Source: Mariprofundus sp. (GTDB lineage Bacteria > Pseudomonadota > Zetaproteobacteria > Mariprofundales > Mariprofundaceae). From it: 47,931 nt of DNA. The notes below the pieces were generated by a model that did no database searches, was not told the DNA's origin, and saw nothing but the letters and a program-made list of their open reading frames with translations. Within the stretch, counting starts at the first letter, position 1, and every line of letters begins with the position of its first letter. A program made the translations under genes and the position numbers. Positions 29,390 to 39,348 of the stretch are shown one piece after another. Location of the stretch: assembly GCA_027019785.1 (NCBI GenBank), contig JALUWF010000072.1, positions 1-47,931 on the forward strand, written 5' to 3'.

Positions 29390-29473
29390 ACCACAGAGGA
29401 CACAGAGAGCACAGAGGAGGTCAAAATCTTTATGTTTTGTTTTTCTCTGCTTTTCCTCTGTGTCCTCTGTGGT
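29390..29473. repeat. Triple-unit inverted repeat locus G
   Basis: ACCACAGAGGACACAGAGAGCACAGAGG ... CCTCTGTGTCCTCTGTGGT; 18-bp perfect inverted match. Confidence 0.9.
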
Positions 29474-29644
29474 GAGAATCTTTTGATTTTATGTTTTTAT
29501 TTCTTGTACATTTTGCACGAGATATTTTTCGTAAGTGACTAAAAGAAGGATCAAAATCCCCGGCCCTCATCAGTGCAAGGCTCCGAACAGACAAACAACG
29601 TGCCTGATTTGTCGATACTGGCGGTGACCGGAATTTTTCCTGGC

Positions 29645-32371
29645 TTATCGCCCTTCTGGGTGCTGCTGCGACTGGCGCGTTTTCTGATTACCAAAGTGGC
29701 GAATCAGGGATAGTAGCGCCGGTTGTACGATCAGGACGCATAGCAGCACGCAGAGCAGGGCAATGGTCAGCGTTTTGCCCAGCATCATCATGGCTGTATC
29801 GCCCGAGATTGCCATGCTGCCGAAGGAGCAGAGGGTGGTTAAGGCGCTGAACAGCACGGCGCGCGGCGTAGCGCTTTGAAACAGACCGCTTAAACCGCCA
29901 TCGCGCTGGCCGAGTGCCAGATAGATGCCGTAAGAGACGCCTAATCCAGCCAGTAGCGGCAAGACGATAATATTGGCCAGATTGAGCGTTAATCCGTTGA
30001 TCTGCATGATTGCGGCGGTGAGCAGGGCGGCGAGAAGTAGCGGCATCAGTACGCCCAGACAATCTCGAAAACTGCCAAGGCTGAGCATGAGCAGGATGGA
30101 GACAAAACCGAAAGCCAGCAAGGATGCTTGCATGAATGCATGCGCAACGACCGCTCCCCCCTCCACCATCATCACAGGATCGCCGGCGGCATCCGGTGCC
30201 AGCGTCTGGATTTGGCGCACGAATCGTTCCATATTGCCCGGCTTATCCAGGTCCAGTTTGGAGAACACCTGAATACGCGCCATGCCGTTATTGGCCAAAA
30301 AGCGGTTTTTTAACGCTTCGGGCAGTGATGCCGGGGTGATTGCTTCCGCATCGAGTGCCGTGGCAAGCATTCGGATGCGTTGGCTGAGGCCCGCTGTGAC
30401 GTTGTGATCGAGTGTCCGAAGCGCTTTGGTGTTGTTCGCGTCGCTACTCAGAAAATCGGCAAGTTGCCGGGCCAGCGCGGTTGCGTGAAGTGCCAGCGTG
30501 CTGTCGCCAGATTGCTGCGAATAGAGTTGCAGCGTTTGTTGTAATTCTGTCAATGCCGCTGTGATTTGGGCGGCAGTGGATGGGGGCGCATCTCTGACCT
30601 GCAAGGTGAATGGCGGCATCACCATGGCCAGATCAGTGAGCAGATCCAGCTTCTCCTGTTGTTGGTCGGGAATCAGGCTGGAAAGGGTTAATGTTCGGGA
30701 AACGCTCTCCTGTTTGTCGATCTTTGCAGCCAATCGATCCGCTGTAGCAAGATTGTCACGGATGATTTCAATGGCGTAGGGTGATGCTTTCGACTCCCTG
30801 GCCAGCGACTGAAATGCCTGGAAGGCAGGATTGCGCGCATCAAGCAGATGTAACGGATTAAAATCGAATTGCAGTTGTAGCGTCGGCGCGAGACTGACCA
30901 GCATTAGCGCCACAGCAGTGCCGGTGATCTGTTTGGCATGGGTGGACATCCATACTGCCATACCGTTGTTCGATGGTTGCTCAGCAGGCGAAGCTGTGGA
31001 TTGGGTGATTGCTGATGCATGGATGTCAGGTCGCCGCATTAATCGCATCAGTGCTGGCAACACTGTGAAGGTGGCAGCCAGCGCAATGAACATGCCTGTG
31101 CCGGCAATAACGCCAAGATCGGCAAGGCCGTTGTAGTCGGTCGGGATGAATGAGAAAAAGCTGGCCGCAGCCGCCAGCGCCGACAGACCGAGCGCGGCTC
31201 CCAGTCCGTGCGCTGTGCGGAGGATGACGTGGGCAGGCAACACGCCGCCGGCCAGCTCGTGCAGGCAGCGAACCGAGAACTGGATGCCGAAATCCACCCC
31301 CATGCCAATAAACAGCACGGCGAATGAGATTGAAATCAGATTGAGCGGCGAGGTGGCGAATAGAGCGAATGCACCCGTCCAGAGCAGGCTCATGGTCAGC
31401 GTCAGGGTGACGGCAAACACGAGCCGCGCATCTTTCAGCGCCAGAAACAGCAAGACCAGAATCAGCACGGCTGCCAGTCCCGTAGCCAGACCGGATGCGC
31501 GTATGGCGCCTTGCAGTTGCTCATAATCGAGCACGGCTTCACCAGTCATGCGTACACGCACGCCATGGGCAGCATTCAGCCCAAGCGCATGCACACCCTG
31601 GTTGATCAGGTCAATGGCTTGTTCTGCCGGTTGAATATCGTCGTCAATCATGTGGGGCGTAATTTCAATGATACGGCGACGCGCTTCACTGGAAGACTGT
31701 GTTCCGGTCATGATCTCATGCCACGGAAAAATAAAAGCCTGCCCCTGTTTTGCCGCTTTGATGGCATGGGTCATGGCATCAAACATGCGCGTCAGCGCCG
31801 CCGCATTGTCGTTACCTGACGCATCATCATTCAATGCTTTGCCGATCAGGGTGGTCAGGCCGGGCAGGGTGGGGTGTTTGGCCAGATTTCCCAGCACAGG
31901 TTGCATGCGGGTTAATCGCGCCGTCAGATCGTCAAGCTCATCCACACCCATATATAACAGGCCATTTTTCAGAAAGAAACGATCCGTGGCAGGTGAATAA
32001 ATATGTTCAATCGTGTCGGGATGCTGCTTTAGCCAGGCTTCCAGTCTGGTAGCACCATCCTGCGCAATATCCGACGAGTCACCATCCAGAATCAACACAA
32101 TCGCATCACCGCTATCGGGGAACGCCTGCGTAAATTTCTTCTGGCTCTGGGCAAATGGCAGTTTATCCGATAACAGCGCATTGGCATCGGTGCTGATGGC
32201 CATATGTGTCCACGCATAATCGACGCATGCGGTGCTGAGCAGCAAGGCGCAGATCAACGTCAGCAGTGCGCGCCGGTAACAAAAATCCGCTACTGTGCTG
32301 ATAAAACGAATATACGCGCCCGTCACCCGATTACTACTTGGTTTTATGGAGAAAAAATATTTAGTTCGCAT
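29645..32371 (-). CDS. hpnN: Hopanoid-associated RND/MMPL transporter
   Basis: MMPL pattern FAVLFIGMGVDFGIQF, LNLANIIVLPLLAGLGVSYG, AVLFSALTT; located with the hopanoid cluster. Confidence 0.88.
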   Translation of the reverse strand: MRTKYFFSIKPSSNRVTGAYIRFISTVADFCYRRALLTLICALLLSTACVDYAWTHMAISTDANALLSDKLPFAQSQKKFTQAFPDSGDAIVLILDGDSSDIAQDGATRLEAWLKQHPDTIEHIYSPATDRFFLKNGLLYMGVDELDDLTARLTRMQPVLGNLAKHPTLPGLTTLIGKALNDDASGNDNAAALTRMFDAMTHAIKAAKQGQAFIFPWHEIMTGTQSSSEARRRIIEITPHMIDDDIQPAEQAIDLINQGVHALGLNAAHGVRVRMTGEAVLDYEQLQGAIRASGLATGLAAVLILVLLFLALKDARLVFAVTLTLTMSLLWTGAFALFATSPLNLISISFAVLFIGMGVDFGIQFSVRCLHELAGGVLPAHVILRTAHGLGAALGLSALAAAASFFSFIPTDYNGLADLGVIAGTGMFIALAATFTVLPALMRLMRRPDIHASAITQSTASPAEQPSNNGMAVWMSTHAKQITGTAVALMLVSLAPTLQLQFDFNPLHLLDARNPAFQAFQSLARESKASPYAIEIIRDNLATADRLAAKIDKQESVSRTLTLSSLIPDQQQEKLDLLTDLAMVMPPFTLQVRDAPPSTAAQITAALTELQQTLQLYSQQSGDSTLALHATALARQLADFLSSDANNTKALRTLDHNVTAGLSQRIRMLATALDAEAITPASLPEALKNRFLANNGMARIQVFSKLDLDKPGNMERFVRQIQTLAPDAAGDPVMMVEGGAVVAHAFMQASLLAFGFVSILLMLSLGSFRDCLGVLMPLLLAALLTAAIMQINGLTLNLANIIVLPLLAGLGVSYGIYLALGQRDGGLSGLFQSATPRAVLFSALTTLCSFGSMAISGDTAMMMLGKTLTIALLCVLLCVLIVQPALLSLIRHFGNQKTRQSQQHPEGR

Positions 32372-32533
32372 GATTTATTCATAATGTGGGTTAGTATCAG
32401 ACACAAGTCTCATGCCGACAATCGTACAATGTCTTTCCTGGAAATGCCAATGGAGTGGCTCATACCTTGTGGGTTCCAGAGATGAACTACAGATGTCTGT
32501 AAATCACCAAATCCACGAAACGAGACACATCTA

Positions 32534-32579
32534 CAAATGAGCGGCGGTACGCCGTCCGACTAAATTTGACTGGTCAGGA
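32534..32579 (+). mobile_element. Degenerate attC-like integron recombination site, left border of the TA cassette
   Basis: Imperfect palindrome CAAATGAGCGGCGG-TACG-CCGTCCGACTAAATTTG followed by core-like GTCAGGA. Confidence 0.55.
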
Positions 32580-32605
32580 TTTTATGTCATTATATGCCAA
32601 TTTGC

Positions 32606-32631
32606 AACCATAACGAAACCATAATGAAACC
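32606..32631 (+). promoter_or_regulatory. 11-bp direct repeats, candidate antitoxin operator
   Basis: AACCATAACGA-AACCATAATGA-AACC just upstream of the RHH antitoxin, containing a CATAAT -10-like hexamer. Confidence 0.5.
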
Positions 32632-32653
32632 GTTGATTCTTGGAGATGATATC

Positions 32654-32896
32654 ATGCCGACTTTAACCATTAAAAATATTCCTGATGACCTCTATCATGA
32701 ACTGAAATACATTGCTAAGCAACATCATAGAAGTATTAATAGTGAAGTTATTGTATCTCTAAAACGGATCTTGCTTCCCAAGAAAACTTTTTCTGAAGAT
32801 ACCCTTAGTAGCATTCAAAGCCTTCGCTCTCAAATAACTTCTAATGCCATTACAGCAGATGATATTGATCAAGCCATTAATGAAGGCAGACCATGA
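32654..32896 (+). CDS. FitA/Arc-like ribbon-helix-helix antitoxin
   Basis: MPTLTIKNIPDDLYHELK...HHRSINSEVI; overlaps the PIN gene start (ATGA). Confidence 0.88.
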   Translation: MPTLTIKNIPDDLYHELKYIAKQHHRSINSEVIVSLKRILLPKKTFSEDTLSSIQSLRSQITSNAITADDIDQAINEGRP

Positions 32897-33303
32897 TTGT
32901 TGTAGACACAAATATTATTTCTTATTTACTGCTTCCAACTCCATATTCAGATTCAGTAGATACTCTGTATAAGCTGGACTCACATTGGGTTGCCCCTGTA
33001 CTCTGGAAAAGTGAATTCCGAAATGTTCTCGCACTTTATCTTAGAAAAGAAATAATTACGCTTGAAAAGGCTTTGCAACTTCAAGAGAAGGCTGAATCAA
33101 TCATGATTCATAACGAATATGATATTTCTTCCTCGCAAGTCCTCACCCTGGTAGATAAAAGTAGTTGTTCAGCATATGACTGTGAGTTTGTTGCTTTAGC
33201 TCACCACCTTAATACTCCACTCATTACACAAGATAAAAAACTCTTGCGAGAATTCCCTTCAACTGCTGCATCTGTAGCAAACTTTCTTTCTGAAAAATCC
33301 TAA
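32893..33303 (+). CDS. vapC: VapC-family PIN domain toxin
   Basis: MIVVDTN, SAYDCEFVALA, LITQDKKL. Confidence 0.92.
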   Translation: MIVVDTNIISYLLLPTPYSDSVDTLYKLDSHWVAPVLWKSEFRNVLALYLRKEIITLEKALQLQEKAESIMIHNEYDISSSQVLTLVDKSSCSAYDCEFVALAHHLNTPLITQDKKLLREFPSTAASVANFLSEKS

Positions 33304-33339
33304 CCTGGTAATCAGCTTACTGCATTTTCCATGTTAAAG
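33298..33339 (+). mobile_element. Shortened attC-like site, right border of the TA cassette
   Basis: TCCTAAC-CTGGT-AATCAG-CTTA-CTGCATT-TTCCAT-GTTAAAG: R''-spacer-L''...L'-spacer-R' layout with one extra unpaired base; overlaps the vapC stop. Confidence 0.55.
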
Positions 33340-33379
33340 CACAAACACCATGCTATTGCGCGCCCATCGGCGGGCGCTA

Positions 33380-33403
33380 TGATGACTTTGCAAAAAGTCA
33401 TCA
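33380..33403. repeat. Perfect 10-bp inverted repeat between convergent vapC and hpnJ
   Basis: TGATGACTTT-GCAA-AAAGTCATCA. Confidence 0.7.
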
Positions 33404-33405
33404 CA

Positions 33406-34821
33406 TCAGTGCTTCCCCAGATAGCGCATGAACTCGACACCTTCGCGCAGGCGGCGGGGGATCATCCAGGGCGAACGACCCATTTCGCCGATCATTTCGG
33501 CGATTTTTCCGGCGCGGAAATAGAAGCGTTTGTAGAAGGCGTCTGCCGAATCAAAGATCATGGTGTGATCCAGATGCGGATAGCTCATGACGCTCTGCTG
33601 GGTGCCTGTATCACCGTTGACCAGTGTGTCGTCTTCCGGTTTGAGCCAGCCTTCTTTTATGGCCTGATCATAGAGTTCGGTGCCCGGATAGGGCGCGGCC
33701 ATGGAGACCTGCATGGTGTGCGGATTGATGTCGCAGGCGAAACGGATGGTCTCTTCAATAGTTTTCCTGGTTTCGCCGGGCAGGCCGAGAATGAAGGTGC
33801 CGTGGATGGTGATGCCGAGCTTGTGGCAATCTTTGGTGAAACGGCGGGCAATATCGATCCGCATGCCTTTTTTGATGTTGTTGAGAATCTGCTGATTGCC
33901 CGATTCGTAGCCCACCAGCAAGAGTCGCAAGCCGCCTTCTTTCATTGCCTTGAGCGTTTCATAGGGGACGTTGGCCTTGGCGTTGCAGCTCCAGGTAATG
34001 CCAATTTCACCTAATCCTTTCGCAATGGCGATGGCGCGCGGGCCGTCATCGGTGAAGGTGTCGTCATCGAAGAAGATCTCTTTAACCTGTGGAAAATCGC
34101 GTTGAATCTGGCGTACTTCCGCCAGCACATTGTCAACGCTGCGGGTGCGGTAGCGGTGGCCGCCGACAGTTTGCGGCCACAGGCAGAAGGTGCAGCGCGA
34201 ATGGCAACCGCGCCCGGTGTAGAAAGAGACATAGGGGTGCTGCAGGTAGCCAATAAAGTAGTCTTCGATATGCAGGTCGCGTTTATAGACGCTGCTGACA
34301 AAGGGCAGTTCATCCATATTTTCCAGCACGGCTCTGGGCGGGTTATGGATGATTTTTCCCTGATCATCTTTGTAGCTCAAGCCGGTGATGCTCTCAAGCG
34401 GAGCGCATTCGGCCAGTTCCTTGATGGTGTAATCGAACTCTTCGCGGGCGGCAAAATCGATGGCATCCGAGGCACTGAGTACCGCATCAGGCGATACTGC
34501 CGCCTTGGCGCCGATAAATCCCAGTTTGATGCCCGGCACGGCCTGCTTGAGTGCTTCGGCCACCTTGACATCAGAGGCGAACGACGGTTCGCTGGTATGC
34601 AGTACGGCCAGTTCATAACCCTGCGCCATCTCCAGTACCTGCTGCAGATTATATCCTGCCGGCGGGGCATCAATGAGCCGACTGCCCGGCACCATGGCGG
34701 CCGGCTGAGCCAGCCAGGTTGGGTACCAGAACGAGCGAATTTCACGCCGTGCCTGATAACGCGCGCCGGCGCCGCCATCGAAGCCGTCGAACGAGGGCGG
34801 TTGTAAAAATAAAGTTTTCAT
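33406..34821 (-). CDS. hpnJ: Hopanoid biosynthesis radical SAM protein HpnJ
   Basis: MKTLFLQPPSFDGFDGGAGARYQ, WYPTWLAQPAA, CHSRCTFC (CxxxCxxC), FFDDDTF. Confidence 0.95.
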   Translation of the reverse strand: MKTLFLQPPSFDGFDGGAGARYQARREIRSFWYPTWLAQPAAMVPGSRLIDAPPAGYNLQQVLEMAQGYELAVLHTSEPSFASDVKVAEALKQAVPGIKLGFIGAKAAVSPDAVLSASDAIDFAAREEFDYTIKELAECAPLESITGLSYKDDQGKIIHNPPRAVLENMDELPFVSSVYKRDLHIEDYFIGYLQHPYVSFYTGRGCHSRCTFCLWPQTVGGHRYRTRSVDNVLAEVRQIQRDFPQVKEIFFDDDTFTDDGPRAIAIAKGLGEIGITWSCNAKANVPYETLKAMKEGGLRLLLVGYESGNQQILNNIKKGMRIDIARRFTKDCHKLGITIHGTFILGLPGETRKTIEETIRFACDINPHTMQVSMAAPYPGTELYDQAIKEGWLKPEDDTLVNGDTGTQQSVMSYPHLDHTMIFDSADAFYKRFYFRAGKIAEMIGEMGRSPWMIPRRLREGVEFMRYLGKH

Positions 34822-34862
34822 GACGCGGCCTTTTGTCAACGCACCGGTATCCACACTGTTTG

Positions 34863-36056
34863 TCATTGAACTTCCTCCATATTTCCATTCGGATGCACCG
34901 CAAACTTGTGTCCGCGCCACTGTACATGACGACCAAAATAACTACCCAGCCAGACAGCAAAGCTGGTCGCTTCACGCAGCGGCAACAGTAGTATAAACGG
35001 GGCGCAGCGAATGCCCGAGGCCCGCAATGCAATCATGTGCATGATCAAACGCAAGGCCACTGCGGCGCATGGCATGAGCCAGTTCCACGTTTCACCGTAC
35101 GTAAGCAATGCTGCCAGCAGTGTCATCGGCACGGTATGGGTGATCAGGGAGAGGGCATGGCCAATCGGCTGCAGGATGCAGACAGCACGCACCCAGCGCA
35201 GTTCATGCTGCCAGAGGCTCGAATATGATGCTTCATGCACCGTCGTTTGCACCAGATAACGGGAGAGTACGGTTCTTAAGCCGCGCTGACGCAGCAGTTG
35301 CGCCAGCATATAATCATCGGCAAGCTGATCTTTCAGCGCTTCAAAACCGCCGATGCCATCCAGTGCTGTGCGTCGCAGGGCGAGGGTGGAACCGAAGCCG
35401 AAATCTCTTAGCCCGAGCATCCAGCCGAGCAGAATCGAGGGTGTGAACCACTCATTCATATATAGCGCGCCGAGTCTGGAAAAGATGCTTCCGGTTGGCC
35501 TGCCCCAATACAGGCAGGTGACAACGCCGACCTCGGGATCGGATAAGTGGGTAGCCAGTTCATTCAGATAGTGGGGGGCTACGCGGGTGCTGCTGTCGGA
35601 GGCGACCAGATATTCATGACGGGCGAATTTCGCCATATAGGCAAGGTTGGCGATTTTGCGGTTGATGCAGCTGATGTGATCACCGCTGACCACCTGAATA
35701 TCCAGTTGTGGAAATTCGCTCTGTAGTCGGCGCGCCAGCGCCAGCGCCGGATCATCATCTGCCTGAGCTCCGAAGATCACCTGATATTCCGGATAATCCT
35801 GTTCGCAGAACGAGCGCAGGTTTTCGTACAGCTCCGGCTCCAGACCAGCCAGTGGTTTGAGAATGCTAAAAGGTTTGGCGTTGCCCGTGTCCGCTTTGCT
35901 GGCGGGACGTCGGCTTGTCCAGATGAGCGTGGAAAGCGCTGCGCCACTCAGATAGAGCAGGGCTGCAGCGCCCAGTAACAGGCCTGTCCAGCTTGTTATG
36001 CTCATGGTTCCATCGATCAGTCCGTTCATGGCCCCGTTCATCGCCTCGTTCATCAA
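34863..36056 (-). CDS. hpnI: HpnI-like hopanoid glycosyltransferase, divergent paralog
   Basis: SILKPLAG, SFCEQDYP, NRKIANL, GVVTCLY, LADDY, HELRW; DxD position reads DSS. Start uncertain (several in-frame ATGs 36005-36056). Confidence 0.85.
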   Translation of the reverse strand: MMNEAMNGAMNGLIDGTMSITSWTGLLLGAAALLYLSGAALSTLIWTSRRPASKADTGNAKPFSILKPLAGLEPELYENLRSFCEQDYPEYQVIFGAQADDDPALALARRLQSEFPQLDIQVVSGDHISCINRKIANLAYMAKFARHEYLVASDSSTRVAPHYLNELATHLSDPEVGVVTCLYWGRPTGSIFSRLGALYMNEWFTPSILLGWMLGLRDFGFGSTLALRRTALDGIGGFEALKDQLADDYMLAQLLRQRGLRTVLSRYLVQTTVHEASYSSLWQHELRWVRAVCILQPIGHALSLITHTVPMTLLAALLTYGETWNWLMPCAAVALRLIMHMIALRASGIRCAPFILLLPLREATSFAVWLGSYFGRHVQWRGHKFAVHPNGNMEEVQ

Positions 36057-37201
36057 AACCGTTCTTCACCCAGTTCCAGCATATATCCATCACGACGCAC
36101 TGCAAACCTGCGACCACGCCAGCGGACATGGCGACTGGCATAGCTGCCTGCCCAGACGGCAAAGGTCAGCAAATCCCGGATTGGCAACAGCAGCAGATCG
36201 AGCCACAGTGATGATTCGGGGTCATGCAGCGAAATCCGGTGCATGATGATACGCAGCACGATGGCAGTCGCAGGCATGGCCCATGCCCACGGGTGAGCGT
36301 GCGCCAGCGCAGCCGCCACCAGGGTGGCCGGCAGCGTATGAGTCATGCAGGAAAAGGCGTGTCCGGCCGGCTGTAGCATGCGCACGGTGCGCATCCAGCG
36401 CAGTTCGTGCTGCCATAGTGATGCGAACGACGGCTCATGCACGGTTGTTTCGACCAGATAATCGGACAAAACGGTTTTCAGACCGTGTTCGCGCAGCAGC
36501 TTGGCCAGCATGTAGTCGTCGGCCAGTTGATCGGCCAGGACCTTGAAGCCGCCGATGCGCTCCAGCGACTGGCGGCGCAGCGCCAGCGTCGCACCGAAAC
36601 CAAAATCGTTCAGGCCAAGCAACCGTCCGGTCAGCACTGAGGGCAGAAACCACTCGTTGATATGTAGCGCGCCAAGTCTGGACCAGATGGTGGCAGCGGG
36701 CAGACCTCTGTACAGACAGGTCACCACGCCGGCATCAGGTTGATCCAGTTCGCCGGCCAGATGATGCAGATAATCGTTGCCGACGCGAATGTCGCTATCA
36801 GAGATAACCAGATGCTCAAAGGCCACGTATGGCTCCATCTGCATCAGATTGGCCACCTTGAAATTACCGCACTGAATACTGTGTTCGCAGACAATCTGGA
36901 TATCCAGATGGGGGAATTCGTGTTGCAATGTACGCGCCACATCAAGAGCCGGATCATCAGCCGACTGGCTGCCGAAGATGATCTGAAACTCGGGGTAATC
37001 CTGTGTGCAGAATGAACGCAGGTTGTCATACAGCCCCGGTTCCATGCCACATAGCGGTTTGAGTATGGTAACAGGCGGCGTCGAGATAGCTGTAGCGGTG
37101 CGCCGTTTGAACCACGCACGCGTCGCAAATGTACAAACGGCAAGATAGAGCAGGGCGGTTGTGCCCAGAATGAAACCGGACCAGATGAAAATATTACTCA
37201 C
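36053..37201 (-). CDS. hpnI: Hopanoid glycosyltransferase HpnI
   Basis: TILKPLCG, SFCTQDYP, KVANL, ISDSDIRV, GVVTCLY, LADDY, HELRW. GTG start at 37201 overlapping the shc stop is inferred. Confidence 0.9.
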   Translation of the reverse strand: MSNIFIWSGFILGTTALLYLAVCTFATRAWFKRRTATAISTPPVTILKPLCGMEPGLYDNLRSFCTQDYPEFQIIFGSQSADDPALDVARTLQHEFPHLDIQIVCEHSIQCGNFKVANLMQMEPYVAFEHLVISDSDIRVGNDYLHHLAGELDQPDAGVVTCLYRGLPAATIWSRLGALHINEWFLPSVLTGRLLGLNDFGFGATLALRRQSLERIGGFKVLADQLADDYMLAKLLREHGLKTVLSDYLVETTVHEPSFASLWQHELRWMRTVRMLQPAGHAFSCMTHTLPATLVAAALAHAHPWAWAMPATAIVLRIIMHRISLHDPESSLWLDLLLLPIRDLLTFAVWAGSYASRHVRWRGRRFAVRRDGYMLELGEERF

Positions 37202-39233
37202 AGCCCGATCCGGTTGCGCATGAATCGAGGGCATCACGCATCGCAGGGCCGGATGCTTCACGCCAGACACAGCCTGGCATGGTAAGGTTTCTATACTGCG
37301 CCAGCGCCCAGAGAGGGAAGTATTTGGAATAACCGTGGTATTTCAGATAAAACACACGCGGAAAACCGGGCGCTGTAAAGGCGTCATCGCGCCATAAACC
37401 ATCATCACGTTGACATGCCATCAGATATTGCGCTCCCCGTCGCACCGGTGCGCATGCATATTCGCCGGCAGCCATCAGCGCGAGCATGGCCCAGGCTGTC
37501 TGAAACGCAGTGCCAGTCTGGCCTCGACCGGCCAGTTCGGGGTGTTCGTAACTGTCATTGCTTTCGCCCCAGCCGCCATCGGGATGCTGGACGCTCTTCA
37601 GCCAATCCACAGCACGCCGTATCATCGGCTCATCGGGGCTGACGCCCGCTTGCATCAGGCCGGTCAGCACAGACCATGTACCATAAATGTAGTTGGTGCC
37701 CCAACGTCCGAACCAGGCACCGTTTTCTTCCTGCTCCGAACGCAGGAAGGCCAGACACGCATCCAGATGTGGCCTGTATTTTTCATTGCTATGGACCAGA
37801 CACCCCAGCACCACGGCTAGTCGTCCGCTCACATCGCTGGTCGGGGGGTCGAGCAGAGCACCATGATCGGAAAACGGAATATGATTGAGCCAGGCATGGT
37901 TGTTATCGGCATCAAAAGCGGCAAAACCGCCATTTTTCGACTGCATGCCGCAGGCCCAGTCCATAGCGCGGCAGATATGCTCTTCAAAACAGACATCGTC
38001 GGCCCGTATCAGCGCCCATGCCACCATACCCGTGTCATCCATATCGGGATAGAAGCTGTTGCTGAACTGGAACGCCCAGCCGCCGCCGGGCAGATCGGCG
38101 CGGTTTTCTCTCCAGTCGCCCGGCTGCTCCAATAGCTGTTGCTGTGCCAGCCAGTCGAGTCCACGCACGGATGCGCTCACGGCAGTTTTCATGCCCGCTT
38201 CCTGCAGGGCGAGGCAGGCGATGGCCGTGTCCCAGATCGGTGAATTACACGGTTGGCAGTATGTCATTTCATCTTCATTCACCAGCAGATCCTGTAGCGC
38301 CTGAGCGCTCTGAATGCGCAACGGGTGATCGGCAGCATAGCCCAACTGAATCAATGCTTCATGGGCATTTACCATGGCCGGAAAAATGGCGCCAAGACCG
38401 CCGCGATCGAGTCGTTCTATCATCCAGTCGTGCGCCCGCGCCATGGCGCGGCGGCGTATCATAGCCGGAATCAGCGGTTCAAACAGGCGAACGGCCCGTT
38501 CCACATTCAGCAGCAGTCGGTTCAGACGCGAACGGACAGGGAAAAAGTGTTTTTCTTGTGTGGGCGGCGTGGTAAACAGCTCCTGAATATCCACATGATC
38601 GGGATTCACCGCCTGAGTTCGCAGAGAATACAAAATCAGCAGCGGCACCATCACCGTGCGCGACCAGTATGAAATTTTACTGATATGGAATGGAAACCAT
38701 GTTGGCAGCAACATGATTTCGACAGGCATGAACGGCACCCCGCGCCACGGAATCTGGCCGAATTTGGCCAGTTCGATGCGGGTGAATACATTGCATCGTG
38801 CTGCGCCGCCCATGGAGAGAATCAGTTGCCTTGCCCTGGCCATATGCGGTGCATCAGGCGCATCGCCGGCCAGTTTCAGCGCATAATAGTTTTTTACAGA
38901 GCAGCTGATTTCCGCTTTGCCACCCGTATAGAGCGGCCAGCCGCCCTCTTCATTCTGGCGGCTGCGCAGGTAGGTGGTGAGCCGATCCTGCAACGTATCA
39001 TCCAATTCGCCGGTGACATGCATCATCAGAATATATTCGGCGGGGATCGTGCAGTCGGCTTCCAGCGGAAAACTCCAGTAGCCGGCCTGATGCTGCAACT
39101 GCTCAATGGCCTGAGAGGAGCGCTCTACGGCCTTGTTCACTTCGGCTTCAAAGCGATGCGCATCAAAATTGTGCGCCTGCTGCTTCCAGGTATGTGTCAC
39201 GGCCTGATGGTCAGCACGCATCGCTAAAACCAT
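37194..39233 (-). CDS. shc: Squalene-hopene cyclase
   Basis: LEADCTIPAEY, QW repeats (QNEEGGW, QHPDGGWGES), YPDMDDT, FGRWGTNYIYGT, APGFPRVFYLKYHGY. Confidence 0.97.
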   Translation of the reverse strand: MVLAMRADHQAVTHTWKQQAHNFDAHRFEAEVNKAVERSSQAIEQLQHQAGYWSFPLEADCTIPAEYILMMHVTGELDDTLQDRLTTYLRSRQNEEGGWPLYTGGKAEISCSVKNYYALKLAGDAPDAPHMARARQLILSMGGAARCNVFTRIELAKFGQIPWRGVPFMPVEIMLLPTWFPFHISKISYWSRTVMVPLLILYSLRTQAVNPDHVDIQELFTTPPTQEKHFFPVRSRLNRLLLNVERAVRLFEPLIPAMIRRRAMARAHDWMIERLDRGGLGAIFPAMVNAHEALIQLGYAADHPLRIQSAQALQDLLVNEDEMTYCQPCNSPIWDTAIACLALQEAGMKTAVSASVRGLDWLAQQQLLEQPGDWRENRADLPGGGWAFQFSNSFYPDMDDTGMVAWALIRADDVCFEEHICRAMDWACGMQSKNGGFAAFDADNNHAWLNHIPFSDHGALLDPPTSDVSGRLAVVLGCLVHSNEKYRPHLDACLAFLRSEQEENGAWFGRWGTNYIYGTWSVLTGLMQAGVSPDEPMIRRAVDWLKSVQHPDGGWGESNDSYEHPELAGRGQTGTAFQTAWAMLALMAAGEYACAPVRRGAQYLMACQRDDGLWRDDAFTAPGFPRVFYLKYHGYSKYFPLWALAQYRNLTMPGCVWREASGPAMRDALDSCATGSGCE

Positions 39234-39348
39234 GCTGCATCTGTTTGACTCCCCTCATTTTTGTATCTCCATTTTCTCAATTCTGCGCGGCAACAGTAGT
39301 TGCTCCACCTTACTGGTATATGTCTGAAATATTGCCATTTGGTGAAGT

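Noticed and set aside
18411-29490. TTTGATTT motifs beside repeat arms as IHF sites
   Set aside because: They match only the WATCAA half; the downstream TTR of the IHF consensus is not at the right spacing in the copies checked.
33331-34806. Plus-strand ORFs of 227 and 234 aa
   Set aside because: Antisense shadows of hpnJ.
36023-36053. 12-bp tandem repeats giving several in-frame ATGs at the hpnI junction
   Set aside because: Real but minor; it only makes the start codon uncertain.
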